From positions 68,891 to 132,890 of the forward strand of contig JACPJN010000009.1 of NCBI GenBank assembly GCA_016187515.1: 64,000 nt of DNA, read 5' to 3'. Within the stretch, counting starts at the first letter, position 1. Every line of letters begins with the position of its first letter. Below the pieces are notes generated by a model, which worked only from the letters and a program-made list of their open reading frames with translations, searched no databases and was not told where the DNA came from. Both the position numbers and the translations under genes were made by a program. Below are positions 37,365 through 48,545 of the stretch, in pieces. Origin of the DNA: Candidatus Uhrbacteria bacterium. GTDB taxonomy: Bacteria > Patescibacteriota > Patescibacteriia > GWA2-47-26.

Positions 37365-39244
37365 CACCCTTTCTCCACCAGCCCCACCCGCATCAGTTTG
37401 TCCGGTTTGAAGTGCACTTTATAATTGGAACCCAGTCCGCCGTGAATTTCCAAACCAAGGTGTTTGCCAGTCAGCTCCTTGACCACACTCACCAGGGGTC
37501 TCACGATTTTGGATTCCATCTGATTGCGATCGGAACGGTAGCAGGAGGCCGGCAATTCCGCCGCCGAGAGTTCACCGCCATTGCCCATAAACTTGCGAAA
37601 AAGTTCAATGGTTTGTTTGGCGCTGTGAATCTGGTTGGAAGTCAACGGCTTGCCCCGCACATACACTCGTCCTTCTTTACCTTCCAAAAGCAAATCAAAT
37701 CTCTCGCGTTCGCGGTCCCATTTTTCACGAGTATAAAGCGTGGCGCCAATTTTTCCTTCCCCATTCCACTCCCGCGCCGTAATACTTTGCGCGGCGGTAA
37801 ATGGCGAGTAAATCCCGGTTTCCACATGCTGTTCTACGCGCGCGCCGGCCGAAGCCGTATTGCCATCGCACCACGAAGCCCAGTGGCAATGCACGGGTTT
37901 TTTAACTTCTTCGCGGATCAGCGGCAGCGCTTCATTAAATATCGGCGCCAGAGTGTTAAGCGGCCCCAGCACCATTAAACAGCCATGATTACCCGGCCCA
38001 ATCAGCCGGGTTGCCACGCCCAAATCAGTGTGCTTGGCGCCCACCACCCGCAGCATAGTTTGCGGCCGACTCAACACTAACGGCGAAAGCCCTAAAATGC
38101 GCAGCACATGCTGACTAATGTTTTGATTTTGAAAAAAATCCCGCAAAACATGCGGCGCGGCGCCGTAAAGAAACAAGTCATGCATGGTCTTAAACACGGT
38201 CATGGACAGCACCACGGAGGACTTGCGATAGACCTGGAACATGTCCATGCCGGCGGACTGGCCCGGACCGCCTTGGGCCAGCTCCAAGAACCAAGGCGTA
38301 TCGCGGAAAGTATCCGGCACCAGATTTTTAAAAGTGCTGCTGGCAAACGCCGCGGCTTCATCCAGTTTGGCCTTAAACGCGCTGCGGGTCTGATAAACAA
38401 AACGCGAATCGCCTTCTTCTCCGGTAAACAGCAAAGCCGCGTCAATTGGCCAAGCCGGATTAGGATCCAGCTGAAACAGTTCGTCCATGCGGCTGCCGCG
38501 AAAAAATAATCCATCCGAAGCGTTATAGTAAGAAGACGGATGCTCCAAGCCATAATCCCGATAGTGGTCAAACAAAAACGGGTCCGGTTCGCGAAAATAA
38601 ACCACTGGATACTGGGAATCAATTAAAGTGGCAAAAGTGATATGCGCGTCTGAAAGCCAATTGGCAATAATGGAATCCAGTTTCCAGGCCAGGCGAAATA
38701 CTTTTTCAAAGGCCTTAGACCCGGCCAGCTGTTCGGTGGGCATTTTCACGAATTCCGCCGCTTCGCTCGGAGTAATCGCGCCTAAATGCAGCAGCCAGGC
38801 CGTGGCGATGGACGCTCCGCAAAGCGGATCCACATTAAGTCCGCGATACCACGGAATCTCGCAAAGCATCCAAATCCGGGCGCCCTGGCTTTTGCGGTAC
38901 GGCGCGGCCGCGTGCGCGAGCATTTCCAAAAGCAGCGGATTGCAGCGCGTCGTATCCCAGTCCTCAAATTCATCGCGTTCCGGAATAAAATAGCGCATTG
39001 GTCCATAACTGATTCCGCTGGCCGCGCAGGGCTCAATGCCAATATGAATTCTTAGCGGCAATTTGCTAATCAGGCCAATCCCGCCCGGGCCTACGGCATA
39101 AGTGGGCGACCACATCAAAGTGGCCGGCGCGGAAACCACCGTGGGACAAGAACGATACAGCTCTTCATAAAGCTGGCGATGCCGCTCTTGAATGGTCTGA
39201 CTGTTAGCGTGGGTATGAAATTCTTTAGATAGCATACTGTGCAA
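37364..39244 (-). CDS. Degenerate GHMP-kinase-fold protein with extra C-terminal domain
   Basis: VSAPA..., CEIPWYRGLN, TRLIGPGNHGC resemble the three GHMP motifs. Confidence 0.55.
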   Translation of the reverse strand: MHSMLSKEFHTHANSQTIQERHRQLYEELYRSCPTVVSAPATLMWSPTYAVGPGGIGLISKLPLRIHIGIEPCAASGISYGPMRYFIPERDEFEDWDTTRCNPLLLEMLAHAAAPYRKSQGARIWMLCEIPWYRGLNVDPLCGASIATAWLLHLGAITPSEAAEFVKMPTEQLAGSKAFEKVFRLAWKLDSIIANWLSDAHITFATLIDSQYPVVYFREPDPFLFDHYRDYGLEHPSSYYNASDGLFFRGSRMDELFQLDPNPAWPIDAALLFTGEEGDSRFVYQTRSAFKAKLDEAAAFASSTFKNLVPDTFRDTPWFLELAQGGPGQSAGMDMFQVYRKSSVVLSMTVFKTMHDLFLYGAAPHVLRDFFQNQNISQHVLRILGLSPLVLSRPQTMLRVVGAKHTDLGVATRLIGPGNHGCLMVLGPLNTLAPIFNEALPLIREEVKKPVHCHWASWCDGNTASAGARVEQHVETGIYSPFTAAQSITAREWNGEGKIGATLYTREKWDRERERFDLLLEGKEGRVYVRGKPLTSNQIHSAKQTIELFRKFMGNGGELSAAELPASCYRSDRNQMESKIVRPLVSVVKELTGKHLGLEIHGGLGSNYKVHFKPDKLMRVGLVEKG

Positions 39245-39496
39245 CGGACGGCGGAGTAGGGGGGCGCAGGCCTTAAAAAGGCGCCTTGGTTGGGATTTTA
39301 CACCCCCCTTACCCTATCCGACCGCGTATAGTATCTCTGAAAATATCTCTGAAAAATAGAGACCACGTCTGAACACTTGCATTCACTTAAAAACCAGTAC
39401 TTTTTCACTTTATTTATACTAAAAAGGCCCTAATTTGTCAAGGGCTGCTGAAAACCGCTCCACCGGTTGATAACGATTGTTAACCATGAGTACCGA

Positions 39497-39949
39497 CTAT
39501 GGATTCCCGCCCGTCATCCTGATTTCGTCACCAATCTTTAGCCCATGCCGCTCGGTAAATCCCGCGTTGACCTCCAGGACGGCATCGGCTGGCTCTTTTG
39601 GCTGAACCGTCGCGGGCGGCTGATCGCCCGCCGGATATGGCACATTTTCACTGATGTCCACAATCTTCCCCTCCCGAATCCAGATAATGTCCAGCGGAAA
39701 GCGCATGTCCTTCATCCAAAAACTGTGGCGCGCCGACTGTTCCAGGGGAAAATACATACCTTGATCCGCCGGCAAGGAATCGCGCCCGGAAAGTCCTTGC
39801 GCGCGAGAGACCGGCGTGTCGGCAATCTCCACGGTAACGACAGTGTCACCAATAATAATCACGTTCGGCTGCACCACCGGCTTTATCTTCAAATACACAA
39901 ACGCAGCCGCCATGACGGCCAAAACGATAATAACCAATTTACTCTTCAT
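39497..39949 (-). CDS. DUF192 family protein
   Basis: VEIADT..RAQGLSGR, GMYF, FWMKDMRFPLDIIWI, VLEVNAG. Confidence 0.92.
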   Translation of the reverse strand: MKSKLVIIVLAVMAAAFVYLKIKPVVQPNVIIIGDTVVTVEIADTPVSRAQGLSGRDSLPADQGMYFPLEQSARHSFWMKDMRFPLDIIWIREGKIVDISENVPYPAGDQPPATVQPKEPADAVLEVNAGFTERHGLKIGDEIRMTGGNP

Positions 39950-41036
39950 ATTTTCGGTGTTGGTAGCGCAAAACCAGAATCACCGCCAGGCCGGTCATCA
40001 ACAAGACCAGCGCGCCAAGCGCAATAAGTTTCTGTTTGCTTTGCAGGAATAAAGTAGTCATCCCAAATGCGGCCGCGATCGTCCATAACAAAAGTACCGC
40101 CCCGCGCTGGGAAAATCCAGCATCTAATAGACGAAAATGCAAGTGCTGGCTATCTCCGATTGCTGGCGACTTCCTTTCCCACAGTATGCGCCTAGCGATA
40201 ACCCATACCGTGTCCAGTACCGGAACCCCCAATACCAGGAGCGCGGTAGCAATTTTCCCTCCCGAAATAATGGCGAGTATACCGAGCAAAAATCCCGCCA
40301 GCGTCGATCCGCCTGTTCCTAAAAAAATCTTGGCCGGATGCCAGTTCCAGAACAAAAATCCGGCAAATGCGCCGGCCACCATAATCGCGAGCATCCCCAC
40401 CTCGGGTTGCAAAAATTTCGTTACCGTGGCTAATAAAAAAATCGTCAACGCTCCGATCACCGTCATGCCGGACACCAGCCCGTCAAGTCCATCCAGTAAT
40501 TTTGTCGTATACATCATGCCCATGATCCACGCAAATGTAAAAAGATCGGCCGGAAGCGTAACGCGATATCCTACCCCTTGCCACCAAAATAGTACTTTCT
40601 CCCAGGACACGAGCGATATTACGCCGCCAAACGGATTGGTAATCTCACGAATTCCAATCCCGCTGGCAATAATGATAAGCGCGGCTGCAATGGTAAACAC
40701 GATTTGCCGCGAGGGCTTTAAGTTATATTTGTCATCAAGATACCCGCCAAGGATAAGTAGAGCGCCGGCAACCGAAATACCAATCAGATGCTTTATCGTG
40801 ATGGACGCCAACAACAGCTGCGGCGTATAAATTGCCACATACCACATCACGGCCATTAGTCCCACAAAAACCCCCAATCCGCCCAAAAGCGGAGTTGGCT
40901 TGGTATGAATCTTGCGCGGCTCTCCGGGCACGTCAAGCACGCGCCAGCTTACCGCAAGATGGCGCGTGAGCGGCGTTAGCGCAGAGACCGCCGCGCACGA
41001 CACAATGAACGCCAAAAAATACCGCATAAAAATCAC
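39939..41036 (-). CDS. MraY/WecA family polyprenyl-phosphate GlcNAc-1-phosphate transferase
   Basis: PTPLLGG, LDGLDGL, NWHPAKIFLG, HLHFRL. Confidence 0.9.
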   Translation of the reverse strand: MIFMRYFLAFIVSCAAVSALTPLTRHLAVSWRVLDVPGEPRKIHTKPTPLLGGLGVFVGLMAVMWYVAIYTPQLLLASITIKHLIGISVAGALLILGGYLDDKYNLKPSRQIVFTIAAALIIIASGIGIREITNPFGGVISLVSWEKVLFWWQGVGYRVTLPADLFTFAWIMGMMYTTKLLDGLDGLVSGMTVIGALTIFLLATVTKFLQPEVGMLAIMVAGAFAGFLFWNWHPAKIFLGTGGSTLAGFLLGILAIISGGKIATALLVLGVPVLDTVWVIARRILWERKSPAIGDSQHLHFRLLDAGFSQRGAVLLLWTIAAAFGMTTLFLQSKQKLIALGALVLLMTGLAVILVLRYQHRKYEE

Positions 41037-41527
41037 TTTCCCCCCCTCTCGGATAGACCCCTCCTATCCTCCCCTTGGTAAGGGGAGGAAATCGGATCGC
41101 TTCTCCCCCTTTTCAAGGGGGAGGTAGAGGGGGTCCGTAGCTTTCTCCCCCTCTCCGAGGGGGAGTCAGAGGGGGTCAAATGTTGTCTGATCTTTTCTAC
41201 CACTCCGGCAATACTATCTCGCACTTCATTGTCCGTAACACGAATCACTCGAATCCCCCGCTGTTCAATAAACCGCTGTCGCGCGGCATCATGGTCGCCA
41301 GCGCCTGCTTGATAATGACTATCCCCATCAACTTCGATTGCTAATTTTGCGGGATCGCAGTAGAAATCAACCACGTACGGACCAATGCCGTATTGACGAC
41401 GAAATTTGTATCCATCGATATATTCCTTGCGGAGATAATACCATAGGATCTTTTCCGCATGCGTCATCCGATTGCGTAATTGCTGTCGTAATGGTGTTTG
41501 AAGTTCACGATTAAATAATGTTCCCAT
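41033..41527 (-). CDS. DUF559 (Vsr-like) endonuclease 1
   Basis: LRNRMTHAEKILW, KFRRQYGIGPYVVDFYC, LAIEVDGDSH, D..R..F; tail reads through repeat. Confidence 0.92.
   Translation of the reverse strand: MGTLFNRELQTPLRQQLRNRMTHAEKILWYYLRKEYIDGYKFRRQYGIGPYVVDFYCDPAKLAIEVDGDSHYQAGAGDHDAARQRFIEQRGIRVIRVTDNEVRDSIAGVVEKIRQHLTPSDSPSERGRKLRTPSTSPLKRGRSDPISSPYQGEDRRGLSERGGK
41054..41178. repeat. 125-bp family A2 triple-hairpin repeat at 3' end of DUF559-1
   Basis: Direct repeat of 41538-41662. Confidence 0.92.
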
Positions 41528-41537
41528 ACGCTTACGT

Positions 41538-41662
41538 TAGACCCCTCCTAGCCTCCCCTTGGTAAGGGGAGGAAACGATTCAATTTCTCCCCCTCTCGGA
41601 GGGGGAGGTAGAGGGGGTCCGTAGCTTTCTCCCCCTCTCCGAGGGGGAGGTAGAGGGGGTCA
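41538..41662. repeat. 125-bp family A2 triple-hairpin repeat upstream of DUF559-1
   Basis: TAGACCCCTCCTA...AGAGGGGGTCA, same length and order as 41054-41178. Confidence 0.92.
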
Positions 41663-41665
41663 TTT

Positions 41666-44353
41666 CTACAACTTCTCCGCTTTCTCTACCCGTAGCTGCC
41701 CGCCTTTTTCAAGGATCACGAGGTCGCGGCGGCCGAGCTTGGCGGTGAGCAGGAGATTCGCCAGGGCGTCGTTGACGCGCTCTTGGATTACGCGCCGCAG
41801 CGGACGGGCGCCGAAAAGCGGATCAAAGCCGGCATGCGCGAGCTCGGAGACGGCCTCATCAGTGGCGCGGAAGGTAATCCCTTTGGCCTCCAGTTGCTTG
41901 CCGACTTTAGCGAGCATCAGTTTCGCGATCTGCACAATCTCGGTCTCGGAAAGCGGTTTGTACACGATCACGGCATCAAAACGGTTTAAAAATTCCGGCC
42001 TAAAGTATTGCTTCAATTCGCGCTCAACAAGCGTTTTCTTGATCTCCTCCAGTGCCGTGCCTTTTTTAAGCTCTTCTTGAATAAACGGCGTCCCCGCGTT
42101 CGAGGTGCCGATAATAATGGTGTTGGTAAAGTCCACGACCCGTCCGGCGCTGTCGGTTACGCGTCCGTCATCCATCACCTGCAAAAACACGTTTAAAATA
42201 TCCGGATGCGCCTTTTCAATCTCGTCTAAGAGCACCAGCGAAAAGGGATTCTTGCGCACCGGCTCGGTAAGCAGTCCCCCATGCTCGCCCGGAGCGCCAA
42301 GCAGGCGATGCACACTGCCCTTATCTTGATACTCGGACATGTCCACGCGGGCCATGTGTGCTTCATTGCCAAAATACACTTCGGCCACGGTTTTCGCCGT
42401 CTCGGTCTTGCCCACCCCGGTGGGTCCCAGAAACAAGAAATTCGCAATCGGCCGCTTTTGTTCGCGAATCTCGGCGCGCGCGCGGCGCAGGGAGGCCGAG
42501 ACGGCTTTGACTGCCTCATCTTGACCAATGATCCGCGCATGCATTATTTTCTCCAGGTTCAAAAGCTTATCTGCCTCGGCCGCGGTAACCGAAGTAACCG
42601 GAACATGCGACTTTGCGGAAATTATTTCCGCAGCATCTTCTCCGCGCACCAATGCTTTCGCCCCCCGCCGATTGCGCACAAGCTCGGCGCTTTCTTTGGC
42701 CATATCAATCGCTTTTTCCGGGAGCGCTTGCTCTTTAAGAAACCGATCCGAAAGCACGACGGCTTTTTCCAGCGCGTTATACGAAAAATACACGCCGCTT
42801 TGGTGTTCAATCGGACCGACTTTGGATTCTAAAATATGTATCGCCGTATTTACCTCGGGCTCTTCCACCTCAATTTTAATACAGGCATTCCCGAGCGGGC
42901 TGCCTTCGATCCGGGCTTGATATTCTTCCGCAGTTGTGGTCGCGATCGCCAAAAAATACCCTTTTTCCAGCTCGGTGGCGAGCGTCTCTCCCAAATCCAG
43001 CCCGGCCCCCGCGCTGGCGCCGATTAATTCATGGACATTGGGCAGCGCCAAAACTACGTTACGCGAACGCGCAATATCATAAACACAAGTCAGCAAGCGC
43101 TCCTGGGCTTGCGCAGGGTTCGCTCCGGAAACTAATTTCGGTATGGATAATGAAACCAGACGGCGATCCTTAAGCGAGCGCGGAACTTCTTCCTCCACCA
43201 TCCGCTGCGCCAGACCATTAAGTATTGCTTCTTTACCAACCCCATGCGGGCCGACTAGAATAATACTTTTTCGCTCGCCCTCCAGAACCCGGAAAATCTC
43301 GTCAAACTCTTTCGCGCGATCAACCGTAAGCTCCAGATAGCCGCGCCCGGCAAGCCGAGTCAGGTCGTCGGAAAAGCGATCCAACGCCCGGGTCTGGAGC
43401 GCGGTCATCGCGCGATTCATCTCGCCTTTTGGACGGCGCGAGGCGGCGCCGCGAAAATGCTTCCAGCGCCGGCGCAATTCTTCGTTAATCTCCAGCCAGC
43501 GGACGGAATTGCGCAATTTTCGTTCGTCAATTCCCAGGTCGAAAAAAATTTCCTTAAGCCGCTCATCCGCCAGCGCTGTTTGGAGGAGTACCTGATGAGC
43601 GCCGACATATTCACTCTGGGCTTGCTGCGCGTCTTGGTAAGCAGTGATAATGATTTGCTTGGCAGTGTCGCCAAAGGTTGGATCACTCCCACCCCTCCCT
43701 CCCACCCCCTCTTGATCTCCCCCTCGGGCAGGGGGAGAGATTCCTCGGGCAGGGGAGGAAACCGCTTTTTCTCCCCCTCTTAAGTTAAGAGGGGGCAGGG
43801 GGGCGTTATGAACCGATTCCAACACATGCTTTAGGCGATCTTGCAATCCTTTCACATCAATCTCCAGTCGCACAAGAAGAGACGCCACTGACGGCGAACC
43901 CAAAAGCGCCCACATCAAATGCGCCGGCGCGACCTCCGCATGCTTTACGCGCGCAGCCGTGCGGTACGCCCCCCGAATCCGGGCGTACACATCTTCGGTC
44001 AGCGCGCGCGATACATCAATGCGCTTCAACCGTTTCTTTCTCCCCCTTACCAAGGGGGAGATTAAGAGGGGGTGCACCTTCTCTTTTTCCTCTCCTCTTC
44101 TTAATAATCTCATCACCAAATACAAATCCGCAATCAATGAAAACGCAAACACCAATTTTCCTCGTCCGCCAAATTGCCAATAGCGCACGGTAAAAATCCG
44201 CTCCACATCAGGCAGCGCTTCTCCCACCAGTGCTACAATTCCCACCACCGCAAAAGCGCTCACGATCGTGAGGAATATCGCGCGAACAAGTTTGCCCACG
44301 CGCTCCCCCGCCAAACCCGCCCGATCAATTTTTGCTCCGAAATAAAGTTCCAT
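41666..44353 (-). CDS. ClpA/B/C-family AAA+ ATPase with N-terminal TM segments
   Basis: GPHGVGK, IIGQDEAV, GPTGVGKTE, DMSEY, LLDEIEKAH, FRPEFLNR, GARPLRR. Confidence 0.92.
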   Translation of the reverse strand: MELYFGAKIDRAGLAGERVGKLVRAIFLTIVSAFAVVGIVALVGEALPDVERIFTVRYWQFGGRGKLVFAFSLIADLYLVMRLLRRGEEKEKVHPLLISPLVRGRKKRLKRIDVSRALTEDVYARIRGAYRTAARVKHAEVAPAHLMWALLGSPSVASLLVRLEIDVKGLQDRLKHVLESVHNAPLPPLNLRGGEKAVSSPARGISPPARGGDQEGVGGRGGSDPTFGDTAKQIIITAYQDAQQAQSEYVGAHQVLLQTALADERLKEIFFDLGIDERKLRNSVRWLEINEELRRRWKHFRGAASRRPKGEMNRAMTALQTRALDRFSDDLTRLAGRGYLELTVDRAKEFDEIFRVLEGERKSIILVGPHGVGKEAILNGLAQRMVEEEVPRSLKDRRLVSLSIPKLVSGANPAQAQERLLTCVYDIARSRNVVLALPNVHELIGASAGAGLDLGETLATELEKGYFLAIATTTAEEYQARIEGSPLGNACIKIEVEEPEVNTAIHILESKVGPIEHQSGVYFSYNALEKAVVLSDRFLKEQALPEKAIDMAKESAELVRNRRGAKALVRGEDAAEIISAKSHVPVTSVTAAEADKLLNLEKIMHARIIGQDEAVKAVSASLRRARAEIREQKRPIANFLFLGPTGVGKTETAKTVAEVYFGNEAHMARVDMSEYQDKGSVHRLLGAPGEHGGLLTEPVRKNPFSLVLLDEIEKAHPDILNVFLQVMDDGRVTDSAGRVVDFTNTIIIGTSNAGTPFIQEELKKGTALEEIKKTLVERELKQYFRPEFLNRFDAVIVYKPLSETEIVQIAKLMLAKVGKQLEAKGITFRATDEAVSELAHAGFDPLFGARPLRRVIQERVNDALANLLLTAKLGRRDLVILEKGGQLRVEKAEKL
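43686..43811. repeat. Composite family A element, in frame in clp
   Basis: A2 hairpins plus A1 arm ending GTTATGA. Confidence 0.9.
44039..44084. repeat. Single family A2 unit, in frame in clp
   Basis: CTCCCCCTTACCAAGGGGGAG..AGAGGGGGTG; peptide HPLLISPLVRGRK. Confidence 0.85.
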
Positions 44354-44363
44354 CGCGCTTGAA

Positions 44364-46184
44364 TTATATCTTTAGCCGTTGCGCCTGCCTTTTCGCTTCT
44401 TTCATAACCCGCTCCATATACTTAATCGGTGACTCATCGGTTTCCGTAACTTTAGTGCGCTCTTCGCTTCGCTCCAGAACAACATGCCGCGCGAAACGCG
44501 GTATTCCCCGGGTTCTGCCGCCCTCCTTTACCAGCGCCGACATTAAATTGCGATCGTGGGTGGAGAGCATAACCGCGCCGGGAAAATCTTGTATCGCGCG
44601 CGTTACTTTGTCCTGCAAGTCCGAATCCATGTGATTGGTCGGCTCGTCCAGCGCGAGCATGTCAACGTCGCGCAGCGCGCTGACCGCCAAAAACCAAAGC
44701 AAGCGCTGCTCGCCTCCGGAAAACTTTGAAAAAGGACGATTAAGCCAACTCTGCCCGATCCGCGCGGAGCCCCCAAAATTCAAATCCCGCGCCAACTCCA
44801 CAAACGCGTTTTGCGGCGGCTTATCTTTGTGCAGTGATGATCCGGTTGAATGCGGGCTGGTTTCCGCTTTTACCCATTGGAAAAAATCGCCCAAAGTCCC
44901 GCGCGCGATTTCTTCCGGCCAAAACTGGGGCAAATACGCGATCTGTGTGCCTTTGAACCGCTTGGGCCCTCCGCGGTCCGTGCCGCGCGCCATGGCTTCC
45001 ATGAGTTTGGTTTTGCCGGTGCCGTTGTCACCGCTTAAAATCATCAAATCGCCGCCCCGCACGCTTGGCGCGGCAATATCGCGCAGCGGAGAATTGGGCA
45101 CCGTAAACTGATGCGGGGTTTCAATAATGCTGGCGCCGTGCTTATAGCCATACTCCTCTTGCGGCCATTGTACCTCGCCGCTGATCACCGGAACGCGTTC
45201 GCGCGCCGTGTCCTTAACATAACGGCGATAAGGAGCATTGGACTCTTGGAGCGTTCGCCCGTCTTTGTCCCAATCTATCTCAATCACTCCGTCTTCGCCG
45301 GCTTGCGTTAAAAACCAGTCCACATGGCTCACGCTCACCACGGCAACTCCCTCGCGCTTATATTTATCAAACAGGCCGGTCAGTTTCGCGATTGACCGCA
45401 AATCCAGATGGTTGGTCGGCTCGTCCAAAAGCAGCGCGTCCGGTTCACTGGCCAGAACCATCATTAGCGCCATTTTGGTCCTTTCGCCGCCGGATAATTC
45501 GCGCACTTTGCGATTCAAAAATTGCTCCATGTCAAATAACTTTGCAATCTGGCCCAATAGCTCATCAATGCGCACTTGCACGTCTTGATTGGCAAGATTG
45601 CGTTCGTGCGCGCCCAAATCATTCCAGTCAATTGGAAATTGCTCTTTGAAATAACGCGCCGCGCTTTGTAGAACCTCCCCGGCGCTCAAATTCTCAATCG
45701 TGCCCAGCAATTCTTCTTGATCCAGGCGCGCGATTCTCAAATTCTCCCGTACGTGCGCGACTGGTCTAGCATACACCACCGTTCCGTCTCCGCTGCGCGT
45801 ATCCATGTGCGCGCCGCGCTCCATAAGCGCGTCAAAAAACGTGCTTTTACCCGCGCCGTTTGGACCAATCAGCACCTTGCTTTTACCGCGCGCGACATTT
45901 ACGCGCCGCACATCAATAGCGGGATCCGTCCGTCCGATATGCGCTTGCGCGGCGCCAACGGCCGCGTCCGTAAGCGTGCGGGCCAATTCATGCCGTCCAA
46001 CTTCTTGCGGCCGGATATCCACGACATGCGCGCCCAGCACCGCGCGCAGCTCCGGCGGAATTTCAATGGCCTCCGAAGTTTCTGCGGCGCTTTCCGCCGG
46101 CACGCTTGGCGCGCCCTTCTTCAGCTGATCCTCCATCAGCTGATTGAATTCCTCTCGCGGGATTCCCCGAGGTATTTTTCCCAT
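44364..46184 (-). CDS. ABC-F family ATPase
   Basis: Two NBDs (GPNGAGKST/LSGGE/LDEPTNHLD; GDNGTGKT/FSGGE/LDEPTNHMD), no TM. Confidence 0.88.
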   Translation of the reverse strand: MGKIPRGIPREEFNQLMEDQLKKGAPSVPAESAAETSEAIEIPPELRAVLGAHVVDIRPQEVGRHELARTLTDAAVGAAQAHIGRTDPAIDVRRVNVARGKSKVLIGPNGAGKSTFFDALMERGAHMDTRSGDGTVVYARPVAHVRENLRIARLDQEELLGTIENLSAGEVLQSAARYFKEQFPIDWNDLGAHERNLANQDVQVRIDELLGQIAKLFDMEQFLNRKVRELSGGERTKMALMMVLASEPDALLLDEPTNHLDLRSIAKLTGLFDKYKREGVAVVSVSHVDWFLTQAGEDGVIEIDWDKDGRTLQESNAPYRRYVKDTARERVPVISGEVQWPQEEYGYKHGASIIETPHQFTVPNSPLRDIAAPSVRGGDLMILSGDNGTGKTKLMEAMARGTDRGGPKRFKGTQIAYLPQFWPEEIARGTLGDFFQWVKAETSPHSTGSSLHKDKPPQNAFVELARDLNFGGSARIGQSWLNRPFSKFSGGEQRLLWFLAVSALRDVDMLALDEPTNHMDSDLQDKVTRAIQDFPGAVMLSTHDRNLMSALVKEGGRTRGIPRFARHVVLERSEERTKVTETDESPIKYMERVMKEAKRQAQRLKI

Positions 46185-46185
46185 A

Positions 46186-46554
46186 TTAAATAAAGTTCAT
46201 AATCTGCGCATCCAGCAAATACGCCGCGGCCGCCGGAATCAACAGCCACCCGATAATCCACAACAGTAAAAACGCGGCCCAAATAATTAAGGCGATCGCG
46301 CGTCCTACAATCTGCGCCAAGCGCATGAAAAAACTAATCAGCCGGCCGACAATATCATACTGACCATACATCGGAACAAAGAGGTTTTTCAGCCACACAT
46401 CAATGGCCAGCGCGTCTTGCCGTGCCACAAAACTACCCGCCACTCCCTTCAATTGCTTCCACAATCCCCGGCTATACCACCAAATCGGGGTATACAAAAA
46501 ATCCACAACAGTAGAGCCAATAACCGTACGCAGGGTTTGAAAAAATATACCCAT
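46186..46554 (-). CDS. Hypothetical membrane protein
   Basis: PIWWYSRG, NLFVPMYGQYD..GRLISFFMR. Confidence 0.75.
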   Translation of the reverse strand: MGIFFQTLRTVIGSTVVDFLYTPIWWYSRGLWKQLKGVAGSFVARQDALAIDVWLKNLFVPMYGQYDIVGRLISFFMRLAQIVGRAIALIIWAAFLLLWIIGWLLIPAAAAYLLDAQIMNFI

Positions 46555-46574
46555 AGTGATTCACTATACCATGT

Positions 46575-47882
<1,308 letters not shown>

Positions 47883-47916
47883 TCAGGGCTTTTTGCGTAC
47901 TTTTTACAGGAAACCT

Positions 47917-48189
47917 TTATATGATGGAAACCTTGAGCTGGGCATCCAGTGCTTTCGCGGCTTTTCCCAAAAATTCCAGCGTAGGATTATAATTACCGGA
48001 TTCAAGACGGGCAATCGCCGACTGCTTGGTTTTCATCCGCCGCGCAAGTTCCGCCTGGGTCAACCCTTTTTGATTGCGTTTTTCAATAAGCGTTTGTATC
48101 AATGCAAACTCCGGCCCGAGCGCGGTGTAGGCCTTGCGAAATTCCTTATTTTTGAGCAGTTGCTTACGGAGTATTTTATAGGATTCCAT
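47917..48189 (-). CDS. XRE HTH antitoxin (HigA-like)
   Basis: GLTQAELARRMKTKQSAIARLESG. Confidence 0.85.
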   Translation of the reverse strand: MESYKILRKQLLKNKEFRKAYTALGPEFALIQTLIEKRNQKGLTQAELARRMKTKQSAIARLESGNYNPTLEFLGKAAKALDAQLKVSII

Positions 48190-48213
48190 ACTGCATTGAG
48201 TATAACATATAGG

Positions 48214-48528
48214 TTATATTGTGTCAAGTGTGGACAATTTTTGGCGAGCCGCCACGATTTCTTTGTGCGGGATCTTCTGCGATTTTTTAATGAAACCATG
48301 AAGTAGTACAACCACACCCTTATGGAATGCGTAAATTAAGCGCACCTCTTGTGTGCCTTTTACGCGCAACTCTAGAAGCCCTCCACCAATATGTTTACTG
48401 TGAGGCATACCGAGCGCATGCCCAAATCGTTCAAGAAGTTCAAGCGTTCGAAATACCTTCGCGGAGGTTGGTATTTCAAGTGTTTTAATAAACTCCTTTA
48501 CCTTGTTATCAAAAAATTGAACTTCCAT
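48214..48528 (-). CDS. RelE/ParE-superfamily toxin (HigB-like), upstream of antitoxin
   Basis: MPHSKHIGGGLLELR, LLHGFIKKSQKIP. Confidence 0.85.
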   Translation of the reverse strand: MEVQFFDNKVKEFIKTLEIPTSAKVFRTLELLERFGHALGMPHSKHIGGGLLELRVKGTQEVRLIYAFHKGVVVLLHGFIKKSQKIPHKEIVAARQKLSTLDTI

Positions 48529-48545
48529 AACTACCTAGCTACTCA

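Noticed and set aside
15935-39244. Accessory region as a prophage
   Set aside because: No recognisable terminase, capsid, tail, integrase or replication genes.
41054-41662. Family A repeats as a CRISPR array
   Set aside because: No regular repeat-spacer periodicity, units vary, and no cas genes in the window.
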